Shown here: piece after piece, positions 18,058 to 27,545 of the stretch | Layout: each line of letters begins with the position of its first letter | Position numbering within the stretch: position 1 is the first letter of the stretch | Assembly: GCA_964490075.1 (NCBI GenBank) | Contig: CAZBBK010000023.1 | Coordinates: forward strand, 1-64,000 | Direction of reading: 5' to 3' | DNA: 64,000 bases | Origin: an uncultured Gemmatimonadota bacterium | GTDB taxonomy: Bacteria; GCA-2686955 | Made by a program: the position numbers and the translations under genes | The notes under the pieces: generated by a model | What the model saw: only the letters and a program-made list of their open reading frames with translations | What the model was told of the DNA's origin: nothing | Database searches by the model: none

Positions 18058-19416
18058 ATGGAACTTGTGGAGATCCTCAAGCGCCCCGAGGGCAAGACGC
18101 TCGAATTCAAGCGCGACCTCTCCTCGCCGGAGGGCGCACTGCGGACGGTCGTGGCATTCGCCAACACCGCAGGCGGGACGTTGCTCGTGGGCGTGGAAGA
18201 CAAGAGCCGGCGCGTGCGCGGCGTCGGCGATCCTCTGGCCTTGGAGGAGCGCCTGGCCAACCTCATCAGCGACCGCATCGCCCCTCGGATCGTGCCGGAG
18301 ATCGAGATCCTGCCCTGGCGCCGCACGCAGATCCTGGCGGTTCAGGTCTACCCGAGCCCGGGGCGCCCTCACTACATGGCCCGCAAGGGGCGGGACGGCG
18401 GCACCTACGTCCGGGTGGGCTCCACCAACCGCCTCGCCAACGCCGAGCTGATCCAGGAGCTGGGGCGATTCGCCCGTGGGGAGGCCTTCGACGAGCAGCC
18501 GATGCCTGGCCTCGACTCGGAAGCCCTCGACTTCCGAGCTGCTTCCGAGTCGTTCGCCGCGGTCCGCAAGCTTGCCCGGCGCGACCTCGAGGCCCTGCGC
18601 CTCGTGACGAGACATCAGGGGCGCAAGGTCCCGACCGTGGGGGGCATGATCCTCTTCGGCGCCGGCCGCGAGCGGCATTTCCCCGACGCCTGGATCCAGG
18701 CCGGCCGCTTCGGCGGCACCGACAAGAGCCGCATCGTGGATCGCACGGAGATCCACGCGCTTCCGGCGCAAGCCGTCGAGGAGGCGATCTCCTTCGTGAA
18801 CAAGCACACCCTGCATGGGGCGGAGATCGGTGCGGTGCGACGCAAGGAGCGTTGGAGCCTGCCGCCCGTGGCCGTGCGCGAAGCGGTCGTCAATGCCGTC
18901 GTCCACACCGACTACGCGCAGCGCGGTGCGCCGCTGCGCCTGTCGATCTTCGACGACCGCCTCGAGGTCGAGAACCCGGGGCTCCTACCCTTTGGCCTCA
19001 CCGTCGAGGACCTGCCGCACGGCGTCTCGAAGCTGCGCAATCGAGTCATCGGGCGTGTCTTTCACGCGCTGGGCCTGATCGAGCAGTGGGGCAGCGGCAT
19101 CCAGCGCATGACCGCCGCCTGCCGCGAAGCGGGGCTCGCGGCGCCGGTGTTCGAGGAGCTGGCCACGCGCTTCCGGGTCACGATCGCCACCGTGGCCATC
19201 GGACCGCCCCTTCTGGACGACAAGGACCAGACGATTCTCGCCTGCCTCGCGAATGGCCAGGGGTGGCCAACGAGCGAGATCGCAATCGAGATCGACCTGA
19301 CGCCGCGGGCGACGCGCACGCGGCTGGCCCGCCTGGTCGGCCGCGGGCTGGTGCGCGAGATCGGTACCGGGCCGCAGGATCCGCGGCGGCGATACTTCAA
19401 GGCGGAGCACTCATGA
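18058..19416 (+). CDS. Schlafen/AlbA_2 + HATPase_c_4 (RecG-like C-terminal) + winged-HTH protein
   Basis: EGKTLEFK, VAFANTAGG.LLVGVED, YVRVGST; REAVVNAVVHTDY, DRLEVENPG, RN...IEQWGSGI; C-terminal HTH. Confidence 0.9.
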   Translation: MELVEILKRPEGKTLEFKRDLSSPEGALRTVVAFANTAGGTLLVGVEDKSRRVRGVGDPLALEERLANLISDRIAPRIVPEIEILPWRRTQILAVQVYPSPGRPHYMARKGRDGGTYVRVGSTNRLANAELIQELGRFARGEAFDEQPMPGLDSEALDFRAASESFAAVRKLARRDLEALRLVTRHQGRKVPTVGGMILFGAGRERHFPDAWIQAGRFGGTDKSRIVDRTEIHALPAQAVEEAISFVNKHTLHGAEIGAVRRKERWSLPPVAVREAVVNAVVHTDYAQRGAPLRLSIFDDRLEVENPGLLPFGLTVEDLPHGVSKLRNRVIGRVFHALGLIEQWGSGIQRMTAACREAGLAAPVFEELATRFRVTIATVAIGPPLLDDKDQTILACLANGQGWPTSEIAIEIDLTPRATRTRLARLVGRGLVREIGTGPQDPRRRYFKAEHS

Positions 19417-21773
19417 GGATTCTCCACAACACAGGCACCGACCGTGTTCTCGACTTGGTCCGCCCACGCCTTGCGGGAGACACTCAGCTCGACGTGGTCA
19501 CGCCGACCCTGTCCCTCTTCGCTTTCGCTGAGCTCTACGGAGAACTCTCGAAGCTCCTGAAGGTTCGGCTGGTGCTCCCCTCGCCTGGTGATGGGCTGGC
19601 TCTCTTCGGTTCTCCTGCCGACCGCGCGGCCCGCAATCGCCTTCAGTCTCGTTGGCTTGCGGCTCAGTGCGCTTCTTGGCTCCGCCAGAAGGCGGAACTT
19701 CGACACGCCAGTGGACCCATCCCGCAGGGAAGCGTGGTCATCGGCGACACCGACGCCGTCCCTCTCCAGGTTGTGCTCGGCTCGTTCTCTTTCAGCACGG
19801 AGGGCCTCGGCATCACACCGGGCAACCCCCTGAGCCTGATTCAGGCTTCGGAGAACTCGGCCGAGAGCTCCGCCCTCTCCGGATGGTTCGACTCCCTTTG
19901 GTCCAGCTTGCCGCCGACCGATGGGGCCTCCCCCACCGTTCTCGACGCTCTCGACGACGTCGCATCACACCGCGCGCCATCCGCCATCTACGCGCTGGTT
20001 CTTCAGCACCTCTTCGGCTCGCGCGGGGACGAGCTAGACGAGGAGCAGGTGGTCAAGTCCGCCACCGGCATCCGCCGCACGGTGGTTTGGCAGAAGCTCT
20101 ACAAGTTCCAGCGCGATGGTGCTGTCGGCGCAATCGACAAGCTGAGCCGCTTCGGCGGCTGCATCATCGCCGACAGCGTGGGACTCGGGAAGACCTTCGA
20201 GGCGCTGGCCATCATCAAGTACCACGAGCTTCGCAACGACCGTGTTCTCGTCCTCTGCCCCAAGCGCTTGCGCGACAACTGGACCTTGTACCGCGCGAAC
20301 GACCGGCGGAACATCCTCTCCGCGGACCGTTTCCACTACGACGTCCTGAATCACACCGACCTCTCTCGCGATGGTGGCCTCTCGGGCGACATCGACCTCG
20401 AGGACCCCGCCTTCGAGAGCCTCATCGTGGGCCGCAAGGTCAAGGTCCTCTTGAGCGACGTCGACCTGGTGCGCTGGAAGCAAGGCCTCGTTGAAGACCG
20501 CAACCGCCTGGCCACGCTCCACGCCGCCGCGTGTGACGTCGAGCCAGAGCAGGACGCCAAGCTCTCGGCGCTGCGGGACGTCATCCAGGGCAAGTGCCAG
20601 TCCCCCATCAACCCCGGCAACCGGAAGGTTGTCGTCTTCACAGCGTTCGCCGACACCGCGAAGTACCTCTACGCACAGCTCGCGCCATGGGCCAAAGAGG
20701 ATCTCGGCATCGAGGCTGCGCTCGTCACGGGAAGCGGGCGCAACCAGAGCACGCTCTCGGGTCTACGCAAGGACCTAGCATCTATCCTCACGGCCTTCGC
20801 TCCGCGCGCGAAGGAGCGTCCCGAGGAGCTCGCCACCGACGGGGACCTCGACCTGCTCATCGCAACGGACTGCATCTCCGAAGGTCAGAACCTCCAGGAC
20901 TGCGACTGGCTCATCAACTACGACATCCACTGGAACCCAGTCCGCATCATCCAGCGTTTCGGTCGCGTCGACCGCCTTGGGTCCCCCAACGAGCGCATCC
21001 AGCTCGTCAACTTCTGGCCCAATATGGAGATCGAGGAGTATCTCGACCTCGAGCAACGAGTGAGCGGGCGTATGGTGTTGCTAGACATATCCGCGACCGG
21101 CGAGGAAAACCTCATCGAGAAGCAGTCCGGGGACCCGATGAACGACCTCGAGTACCGCCGCAAGCAGCTTCTGAAGCTGCAAGACGCGGTCATCGACCTC
21201 GAGGACCTCTCGACCGGCGTTTCCATCGCGGACCTGACCCTCACGGACTTCCGCATCGACCTCGCGGAGTATCGGAGAGAACATCCGGACGCACTCGACT
21301 GCCTTCCTCTTGGGGTCTGCGGTGTGACCACAACCCGAGACGCCGACATCGAACCTGGTGTCATCTTCTGCCTTCGGGCCGAAGGCCCAACGGCTGGCCG
21401 TGCGGCCGAACCGGGCTACTCCCTAGCGCCCCACTACCTCGTCCACGTGGGCGAAGACGGAGCTGTTCTACTCCCGTACTCCCAGACCAAGCAGACGCTC
21501 GACCGCTTGAAGCGTCTTTGCGTCGGCCGGGACCTTCCAGATGCCGAGGCTTGCACGCGCTTCGACAAGGACACCCGAGGCGGGAAGGACATGCGCGGCC
21601 CCCAGCAGCTCTTGGCGACGGCGGTAGCCTCAGTCGTCGGCAACACCGAAGAGCGGGCCATCTCCAGCCTCTTCACTCCGGGGGGCACGCACGCGATGAA
21701 GGGCGAGTTCGCTGGCAGCGATGACTTCGAGGTGGCCGCCTTCTTCGTGGTGTTACCGGAGGGCGCCTCGTGA
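19413..21773 (+). CDS. SNF2-family helicase with N-terminal PLD-like domain; apparent internal in-frame deletion, probably non-functional
   Basis: Walker A region IADSVGLGKT; C-terminal helicase motifs VFTAFADT, ATDCISEGQNLQ, NYDIHWNP.RIIQRFGRVDR; no DExH Walker B. Confidence 0.82.
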   Translation: MRILHNTGTDRVLDLVRPRLAGDTQLDVVTPTLSLFAFAELYGELSKLLKVRLVLPSPGDGLALFGSPADRAARNRLQSRWLAAQCASWLRQKAELRHASGPIPQGSVVIGDTDAVPLQVVLGSFSFSTEGLGITPGNPLSLIQASENSAESSALSGWFDSLWSSLPPTDGASPTVLDALDDVASHRAPSAIYALVLQHLFGSRGDELDEEQVVKSATGIRRTVVWQKLYKFQRDGAVGAIDKLSRFGGCIIADSVGLGKTFEALAIIKYHELRNDRVLVLCPKRLRDNWTLYRANDRRNILSADRFHYDVLNHTDLSRDGGLSGDIDLEDPAFESLIVGRKVKVLLSDVDLVRWKQGLVEDRNRLATLHAAACDVEPEQDAKLSALRDVIQGKCQSPINPGNRKVVVFTAFADTAKYLYAQLAPWAKEDLGIEAALVTGSGRNQSTLSGLRKDLASILTAFAPRAKERPEELATDGDLDLLIATDCISEGQNLQDCDWLINYDIHWNPVRIIQRFGRVDRLGSPNERIQLVNFWPNMEIEEYLDLEQRVSGRMVLLDISATGEENLIEKQSGDPMNDLEYRRKQLLKLQDAVIDLEDLSTGVSIADLTLTDFRIDLAEYRREHPDALDCLPLGVCGVTTTRDADIEPGVIFCLRAEGPTAGRAAEPGYSLAPHYLVHVGEDGAVLLPYSQTKQTLDRLKRLCVGRDLPDAEACTRFDKDTRGGKDMRGPQQLLATAVASVVGNTEERAISSLFTPGGTHAMKGEFAGSDDFEVAAFFVVLPEGAS

Positions 21774-22528
21774 CCGCCACCGACTGCATCGCCGCCCTGG
21801 ACCTGCCCAGAGGCGCATTCGTCGACCAACGAGTGCCTAAGAAGACTCTCTCCGAGCACGGCGCCAGCACCGCGGCGGCACGCCGCTACATCCAGGAGGG
21901 CATCGAGTCGCTTCGCTGGGTTGCGGCCATCAAGCCGACGACGTCCGGTGTTCCCGCGCATACGGATGCCGTGCGCGAGTACCTCGAACTCGCGGTACTC
22001 CACCTGCACCTGCGACCCGCGGGCAAGGAAGCCCAGCTCCTGCCGCTCATCCACCGTGCGATTCCTTACCCCCTCCTGCTCGTCTCCTCGGATGAGGAGC
22101 ACTTCGCGCTGTCGCTGGCCCACAAGCGCTGGTCTCAGGGGGAGAAGAACCAGGTGGTGGTCGACGGCGACGTCGTGACCCTCCACATCGACGAGAACGT
22201 CCCCGAAGACGCGCTCGTGAGCTTCCTCTCGGCGCTCTCGCTGGCCAAGCAGCCTCGCAACACGTCATACGAGCTCTACCAAGGTTGGCTCGACACGGTG
22301 CTCGCGCTGCAGACGGCCTGCGTGCTCGGAGACTTCACCCTCCCGCGCTCTCGTGAGCACGCCGACGCCCGCAGCGCAGCCTTGCTCGAGTGTGCGCGAC
22401 TGGAGTCGGAGATGGCCTCACTACGCACCGCGGCAGCTCGAGAGAAGCAGCTCCCGCGACAAGTCGAACTCAACCTTCAACTGAAACGCCTGGCAGAAGC
22501 GCATGCAGCCGCTCGGGCACGAATGTAA
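21770..22528 (+). CDS. DUF4391 family protein
   Basis: RVPKK, IHRAIPYP, C-terminal coiled coil EKQLPRQVELN; position between helicase and mod is typical. Confidence 0.82.
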   Translation: MTATDCIAALDLPRGAFVDQRVPKKTLSEHGASTAAARRYIQEGIESLRWVAAIKPTTSGVPAHTDAVREYLELAVLHLHLRPAGKEAQLLPLIHRAIPYPLLLVSSDEEHFALSLAHKRWSQGEKNQVVVDGDVVTLHIDENVPEDALVSFLSALSLAKQPRNTSYELYQGWLDTVLALQTACVLGDFTLPRSREHADARSAALLECARLESEMASLRTAAAREKQLPRQVELNLQLKRLAEAHAAARARM

Positions 22529-22548
22529 TCATGAACGAGGATGCCTGC

Positions 22549-24426
22549 ATGAAGAAGCTCACCCCAGACGACCCCGCAACTCGCTCCGTCGACGTCGTCG
22601 CCGAGAACGTCGAACACCTGCGCTCGCTCTTCCCCGAGGCCTTCACGGAGGGCAAGGTCGACTTCGAGGTTCTCCAACAGCTCCTCGGCGGGCTCGTCGA
22701 TGAGCGCGAAGAGAAGTACGGCCTCAACTGGCATGGCAAGCGCCGCGCGCGCCAACTCGCCTTGACGCCGAGCACTGGGACGCTCCGGCCATGCCCCGAG
22801 GAGAGCGTCGACTGGGACACGACGCAGAACCTGATGATTGAGGGCGACAACCTCGAGGTCTTGAAGCTCCTCCAGAAGAGCTACTCCGGCAAGGTCAAGC
22901 TCATCTACATCGACCCGCCGTACAACACGGGAAAGGACTTTGTCTACCCTGACGACTTTCGTGACAACATTCAGAACTACCTCGCGCTCACGGGGCAAGT
23001 CGACAGCGAGAACGGGAAGCTCTCGTCGAACACCGAGGCCTCTGGGCGCTTCCACACCGACTGGCTCAACATGCTGTATCCGCGCCTGAAGTTGGCGCGA
23101 AACCTCCTCTCCCAGCATGGCGTCATCTTCGTCAGTATCGCAGACCACGAGGTGCACAACTTGCGTTGTGTCCTCGACGAGCTGTTTGGCGAGGAGAACT
23201 TTGTCGCGACCGTCATCTGGCAAAAGGTGTTCTCTCCCAAGAACTCTGCCCGTCACTTTTCTGAAGACCATGACTACGTCGTGGTCTACGCCAACAACGC
23301 GGAGGTGTGGAAACCCGAGCTGTTGCCGCGCACGCAGGAGATGGAGGACCGTTACTCGAATCCCGATGATGACCCGCGTGGACCTTGGACTTCAGGCGAC
23401 CTCTCTGCGCGGAATTTCTACGGCTCCGGCACCTACGCCATAACATGCCCGTCGGGGCGTGTCTTGGATGGCCCTCCTCCAGGAACCTACTGGAGGGTCT
23501 CTGAGGACCGGTTCAAGGAGCTGGATGGCGATAGCCGTATCTGGTGGGGAGACGATGGCGACAATACCCCCCGCCTGAAGAGGTTCCTTGCAGAGGTCAA
23601 AGACGGGCGTGTCCCGCAGACGCTCTGGACTTACAAGGAAGTGGGCCACACGCAGGAAGCGAAAAAGGAGGTCCTTGCCGCCGTCCCCCCGACTCAGGCG
23701 GACTCTGTTTTTGACACGCCGAAGCCCACCCGGCTCTTGCGCCGCATCTTGCATCTTGGAACATCGAAGGACGAGGGAGGACTCGTGCTGGACTTCTTCG
23801 CAGGCACCGGCTCGACGCTCGATGCTCTTTACCGCCAGAATCTGGAAGACGGCGGCAAGCGGCGTGGAATCCTCGTGCAGCTTCCGGAGCCCATCAACGG
23901 GAATGGCGCATCAACCATTGCCGACATCACGAAAACACGCCTCCGTAACGTGGGTCAGGCACTAAGGACCGACAACCCGATGTTCTCCGGCGACCTCGGC
24001 TTCCGCACCTTCAAGCTCGACCGCTCGAACATCCGCGCCTGGGACCCGAACCCTGAGGACCTGGAGAAGGCCCTCTTCGACGGTGTGGAGCATCTGCACG
24101 ACGGCCGCACAGAGCAAGACGTTCTCTACGAGCTCCTGTTGAAACTCGGTCTCGACCTCTGTGTCCCCATCGAGGAGCGCACCATCGCGGACAAGCCTGT
24201 CCACTCGGTTGGCGCCGGGACTCTCCTGGTCTGCCTGGCCAAGAGGATCGCGGCCGATGAGGCCGAAGAACTGGCGCTCGGCATGGCCGCATGGTGCGAA
24301 GAGCAGAACCCCGCAGGCGACACCACCGTCGTCTTCCGTGACAGTGCCTTCGCCGATGACGTCGCCAAGACGAACATCGCAGCCATCCTCGAGCAGCATG
24401 GCCTCGAGAACGTGAGGAGCTTGTAG
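22549..24426 (+). CDS. mod: Type III restriction-modification N6-adenine methyltransferase (Mod)
   Basis: IEGDNLEVLK, IYIDPPYNTG (motif IV) before TPKP and LDFFAGTGS (motif I); C-terminus VFRDSAFADDVAKTN. Confidence 0.95.
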   Translation: MKKLTPDDPATRSVDVVAENVEHLRSLFPEAFTEGKVDFEVLQQLLGGLVDEREEKYGLNWHGKRRARQLALTPSTGTLRPCPEESVDWDTTQNLMIEGDNLEVLKLLQKSYSGKVKLIYIDPPYNTGKDFVYPDDFRDNIQNYLALTGQVDSENGKLSSNTEASGRFHTDWLNMLYPRLKLARNLLSQHGVIFVSIADHEVHNLRCVLDELFGEENFVATVIWQKVFSPKNSARHFSEDHDYVVVYANNAEVWKPELLPRTQEMEDRYSNPDDDPRGPWTSGDLSARNFYGSGTYAITCPSGRVLDGPPPGTYWRVSEDRFKELDGDSRIWWGDDGDNTPRLKRFLAEVKDGRVPQTLWTYKEVGHTQEAKKEVLAAVPPTQADSVFDTPKPTRLLRRILHLGTSKDEGGLVLDFFAGTGSTLDALYRQNLEDGGKRRGILVQLPEPINGNGASTIADITKTRLRNVGQALRTDNPMFSGDLGFRTFKLDRSNIRAWDPNPEDLEKALFDGVEHLHDGRTEQDVLYELLLKLGLDLCVPIEERTIADKPVHSVGAGTLLVCLAKRIAADEAEELALGMAAWCEEQNPAGDTTVVFRDSAFADDVAKTNIAAILEQHGLENVRSL

Positions 24427-24430
24427 GCCC

Positions 24431-27418
24431 ATGGCGATGAAGCTCCACTTCGAACCCAACCTCGACTACCAACTCCAGGCCATCGAGGCCGTCTGCGACC
24501 TCTTTCGTGGCCAAGAGACCTGTCGCACCGAGTTCACCGTCACCCGAACCTCGCCGGAAGGAACTGCCTTCCTTCCGGGCATGGGAAGTGAACTCGGGCT
24601 CGGCAACAGGCTCTCCCTGCTCGACGACGAGATTCTCGGCAACCTCAACGCCGTGCAGCTTCGGAACGGCTTGGCCCAGTCCGGAACCCTCGCGTCCGGC
24701 GACTTCACCGTCGAGATGGAGACCGGCACCGGCAAAACCTACGTCTACTTGCGCACGGTCTTCGAGCTCAACAAGCGCTTCGGCTTCACCAAGTTCGTCA
24801 TCGTCGTGCCATCGGTCGCCATCAAGGAGGGCGTCTACAAGGCGCTCCAGATGACCGAGGACCACCTCAAGGGACTCTACGCGGGCACTCCCTACGACTA
24901 CTTCCTCTACGACTCCTCGAAGCTCGGGCAGGTCCGCAACTTCGCGACCAGCTCGCAGATTCAGGTCATGGTGGTGACCGTCGGAGCCATCAACAAGAAG
25001 GACGTCAACAACCTCTACAAGGACAGCGAGAAGACGGGCGGAGAGAAGCCCATCGACCTCATCAAGGCCACGCAGCCCATCCTGATTGTCGATGAGCCGC
25101 AGTCCGTGGATGGCGGCCTCAAGGGCAAGGGGCGCGAGGCGCTCGACGCCATGAATCCCCTCTGCACGCTGCGCTACTCGGCAACCCACGTCGAGAAGCA
25201 CCACATGGTCTACCGGCTCGACGCCGTAGATGCCTACGAGCAGAAGCTGGTGAAGCAAATCGAAGTGGCCGCAGCCACTCTCGAGGATGCACACAACAAG
25301 CCCTACGTCCGCTTCGTCTCGGCCGCGAACAGGCGAGGCGCCATCTCGGCCAAGGTCGAGCTCGATGTCGAGACCCGGACCGGCGTGCGCCGGAAGGAAG
25401 TCGCGGTTCAAGACGGAGACGACCTCGAGCAGACGACGGGCCGCGCCATTTACGAGAATTGTCGCATCGGCGAGATTCGAGTCCCGAAGGGATCGGAGTC
25501 GCTCGAGCTGCGAGTTCCCGGTGGCGAGCACTACCTCAAAAAAGGCGAGACATACGGTGACGTCGACGCGCTCGCAGTGGCGCGCGAGATGATTCGCCGC
25601 ACCATCCGCGAGCACCTCGACAAGGAGAAGCGCCTCCGGCCGCAGGGCATCAAGGTGCTCTCCCTCTTCTTCATCGACGAGGTTCGCCGCTATCGAAGCT
25701 ACGACGAAGACGGCAACCCGGTGAAGGGCGACTACGCGCGTATCTTCGAAGAGGAATACCGCCGACTCGCGAGGAACCCCGACTACCACACCCTCTTCGG
25801 CGAGGTCGACCTGGATGCAGCCGCGGAGGAGGTTCACAACGGCTACTTCTCCATCGACAAGAAGGGTGGATGGACCGACACCGCCGAGAACAACCAGACG
25901 AATCGCGACTGCGCGGAGCGGGCCTACAACCTCATCATGAAGGAGAAGGAGCTCCTCCTGAGCTTTGATACACCGCTCAAGTTCATCTTCTCCCACTCCG
26001 CCCTGCGAGAGGGCTGGGACAACCCCAACGTGTTCCAGATTTGCGGCCTGCGCGACATTCGCAGTGAACGGGAACGCCGCCAGACTATCGGTCGCGGTCT
26101 ACGCCTTTGCGTGAACCAGGACGGCGTCCGGTTGCGGGGTTTCGAGGTCAACACACTCACGGTCATCGCAACGGAGAACTACGAGCAGTTCGCCGAAAAC
26201 CTCCAGAAGGAGCTCGAGGCGGACACCGGCATTCGCTTCGGCATCGTGGAGCCGCACCAGTTCGCGGCCATTGCCACTCTTGACGAAGATGGACAGCCCA
26301 CTGCCCTTGGCGCCGAGCGATCGAAGCTTCTCTGGGAACACTTCAAGGACCAAGGTCACATCGACGCCAATGGTCGAGTCCAGGACTCGCTCCGAAGGAC
26401 CCTCAAGAAGGGAACCCTCGAAGTCCCCGAGGACTTCGCCCCGCAGCGCGATGCAATTACCGAGGTGCTCCGGAAGCTCGCCGGCCGCCTCGAGGTCAAG
26501 AACGCCGATAAGCGTCGTCCCGTGCGTCCTCGCCAAGCCGTTCTCCACGGTGAAGAATTCAAGGCGCTCTGGGACCGCATCAAGCACAAGACGACATACC
26601 GAGTCGAATTCGACAACGAGACGCTGCTCAAGGAGTGCGTGCACGCCCTCCAGCTTGCTCCCCGCATCCCGAAGACGCGCCTCCAGTGGCGCAAGGCCGA
26701 CCTCGCCATAGGCAAGGCGGGGGTTGAAGCGACCGAGCGGGAGGGCGCCGCCACGGTAGTTCTCGACGAGGGGGACATCGAGCTGCCCGACGTCTTGACG
26801 GACCTGCAAGACCGCACCCAGCTCACGCGACGCAGCATCCACCGCATCCTGGTGGGCAGCAAGCGCCTCGACGACTTCAAGCGCAACCCGCAGCAATTCA
26901 TCGAGCTCGCCGCGGACGCCATCAACCGCGGCAAGCGGATGGCTCTCGTCGACGGCATCAAGTACCAGCGTCTCGGCGACGAGCACTGCTACGCCCAGGA
27001 ACTGTTCGAGCAGGAGGAGCTCACGGGCTACCTCAAGAACATGCTCGAAGAGACTCGGAAGTCGGTCTACGAGCACGTGGTCTACGACTCCGATACCGAG
27101 CGGACCTTCGCGGACCAACTCGAGAAGAACGACGCCGTGCGGGTCTACGCGAAGCTCCCCGGCTGGTTCAAGGTCCCGACTCCGCTCGGGTCCTACAACC
27201 CGGACTGGGCCGTTCTGCTGCGAACCGAGGCGGGTGAGCGCCTCTACTTCGTGGTCGAGACCAAGGGCAGCCTCTTCCTCGACGACCTCAGAGACCGCGA
27301 AGGTGCGAAGATTGCGTGTGGCAAGGCACACTTCGGAGCGCTGCACGTGAAGGAGGCTCCGGCCGAGTACGTCGTCGCGCGCTCGGTCGATGACGTTCTG
27401 GAGCTTGCGAGCACTTGA
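24431..27418 (+). CDS. res: Type III restriction endonuclease subunit (Res)
   Basis: EMETGTGKT, IVDEPQ, RYSATH, SALREGWDNPNVFQIC, QTIGRGLR; nuclease motif YNPDWA...VETKG. Confidence 0.95.
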   Translation: MAMKLHFEPNLDYQLQAIEAVCDLFRGQETCRTEFTVTRTSPEGTAFLPGMGSELGLGNRLSLLDDEILGNLNAVQLRNGLAQSGTLASGDFTVEMETGTGKTYVYLRTVFELNKRFGFTKFVIVVPSVAIKEGVYKALQMTEDHLKGLYAGTPYDYFLYDSSKLGQVRNFATSSQIQVMVVTVGAINKKDVNNLYKDSEKTGGEKPIDLIKATQPILIVDEPQSVDGGLKGKGREALDAMNPLCTLRYSATHVEKHHMVYRLDAVDAYEQKLVKQIEVAAATLEDAHNKPYVRFVSAANRRGAISAKVELDVETRTGVRRKEVAVQDGDDLEQTTGRAIYENCRIGEIRVPKGSESLELRVPGGEHYLKKGETYGDVDALAVAREMIRRTIREHLDKEKRLRPQGIKVLSLFFIDEVRRYRSYDEDGNPVKGDYARIFEEEYRRLARNPDYHTLFGEVDLDAAAEEVHNGYFSIDKKGGWTDTAENNQTNRDCAERAYNLIMKEKELLLSFDTPLKFIFSHSALREGWDNPNVFQICGLRDIRSERERRQTIGRGLRLCVNQDGVRLRGFEVNTLTVIATENYEQFAENLQKELEADTGIRFGIVEPHQFAAIATLDEDGQPTALGAERSKLLWEHFKDQGHIDANGRVQDSLRRTLKKGTLEVPEDFAPQRDAITEVLRKLAGRLEVKNADKRRPVRPRQAVLHGEEFKALWDRIKHKTTYRVEFDNETLLKECVHALQLAPRIPKTRLQWRKADLAIGKAGVEATEREGAATVVLDEGDIELPDVLTDLQDRTQLTRRSIHRILVGSKRLDDFKRNPQQFIELAADAINRGKRMALVDGIKYQRLGDEHCYAQELFEQEELTGYLKNMLEETRKSVYEHVVYDSDTERTFADQLEKNDAVRVYAKLPGWFKVPTPLGSYNPDWAVLLRTEAGERLYFVVETKGSLFLDDLRDREGAKIACGKAHFGALHVKEAPAEYVVARSVDDVLELAST

Positions 27419-27545
27419 GACGAGCGGATTCGGTTTCCGCCGCGATCCTCGCAGTCCACTGTGTTCCCGCCCTGCATCGATGTACCGATCGAGCTTCGGT
27501 AGCTCGCTCGCGATTGGGATGGGTGGTCCCGCGGCAGAGCCGCCC

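Noticed and set aside
22549-24426. Phase-variable simple repeats in mod
   Set aside because: No homopolymer or short tandem tract seen in the gene
19413-24426. Calling the helicase-methylase cluster DISARM or BREX
   Set aside because: No DUF1998/DrmB, PglZ or BrxC; Mod and Res are canonical type III
27490-27506. Hairpin CGAGCT-TCGGT-AGCTCG after res as an intrinsic terminator
   Set aside because: Short stem with no U-tract on either strand
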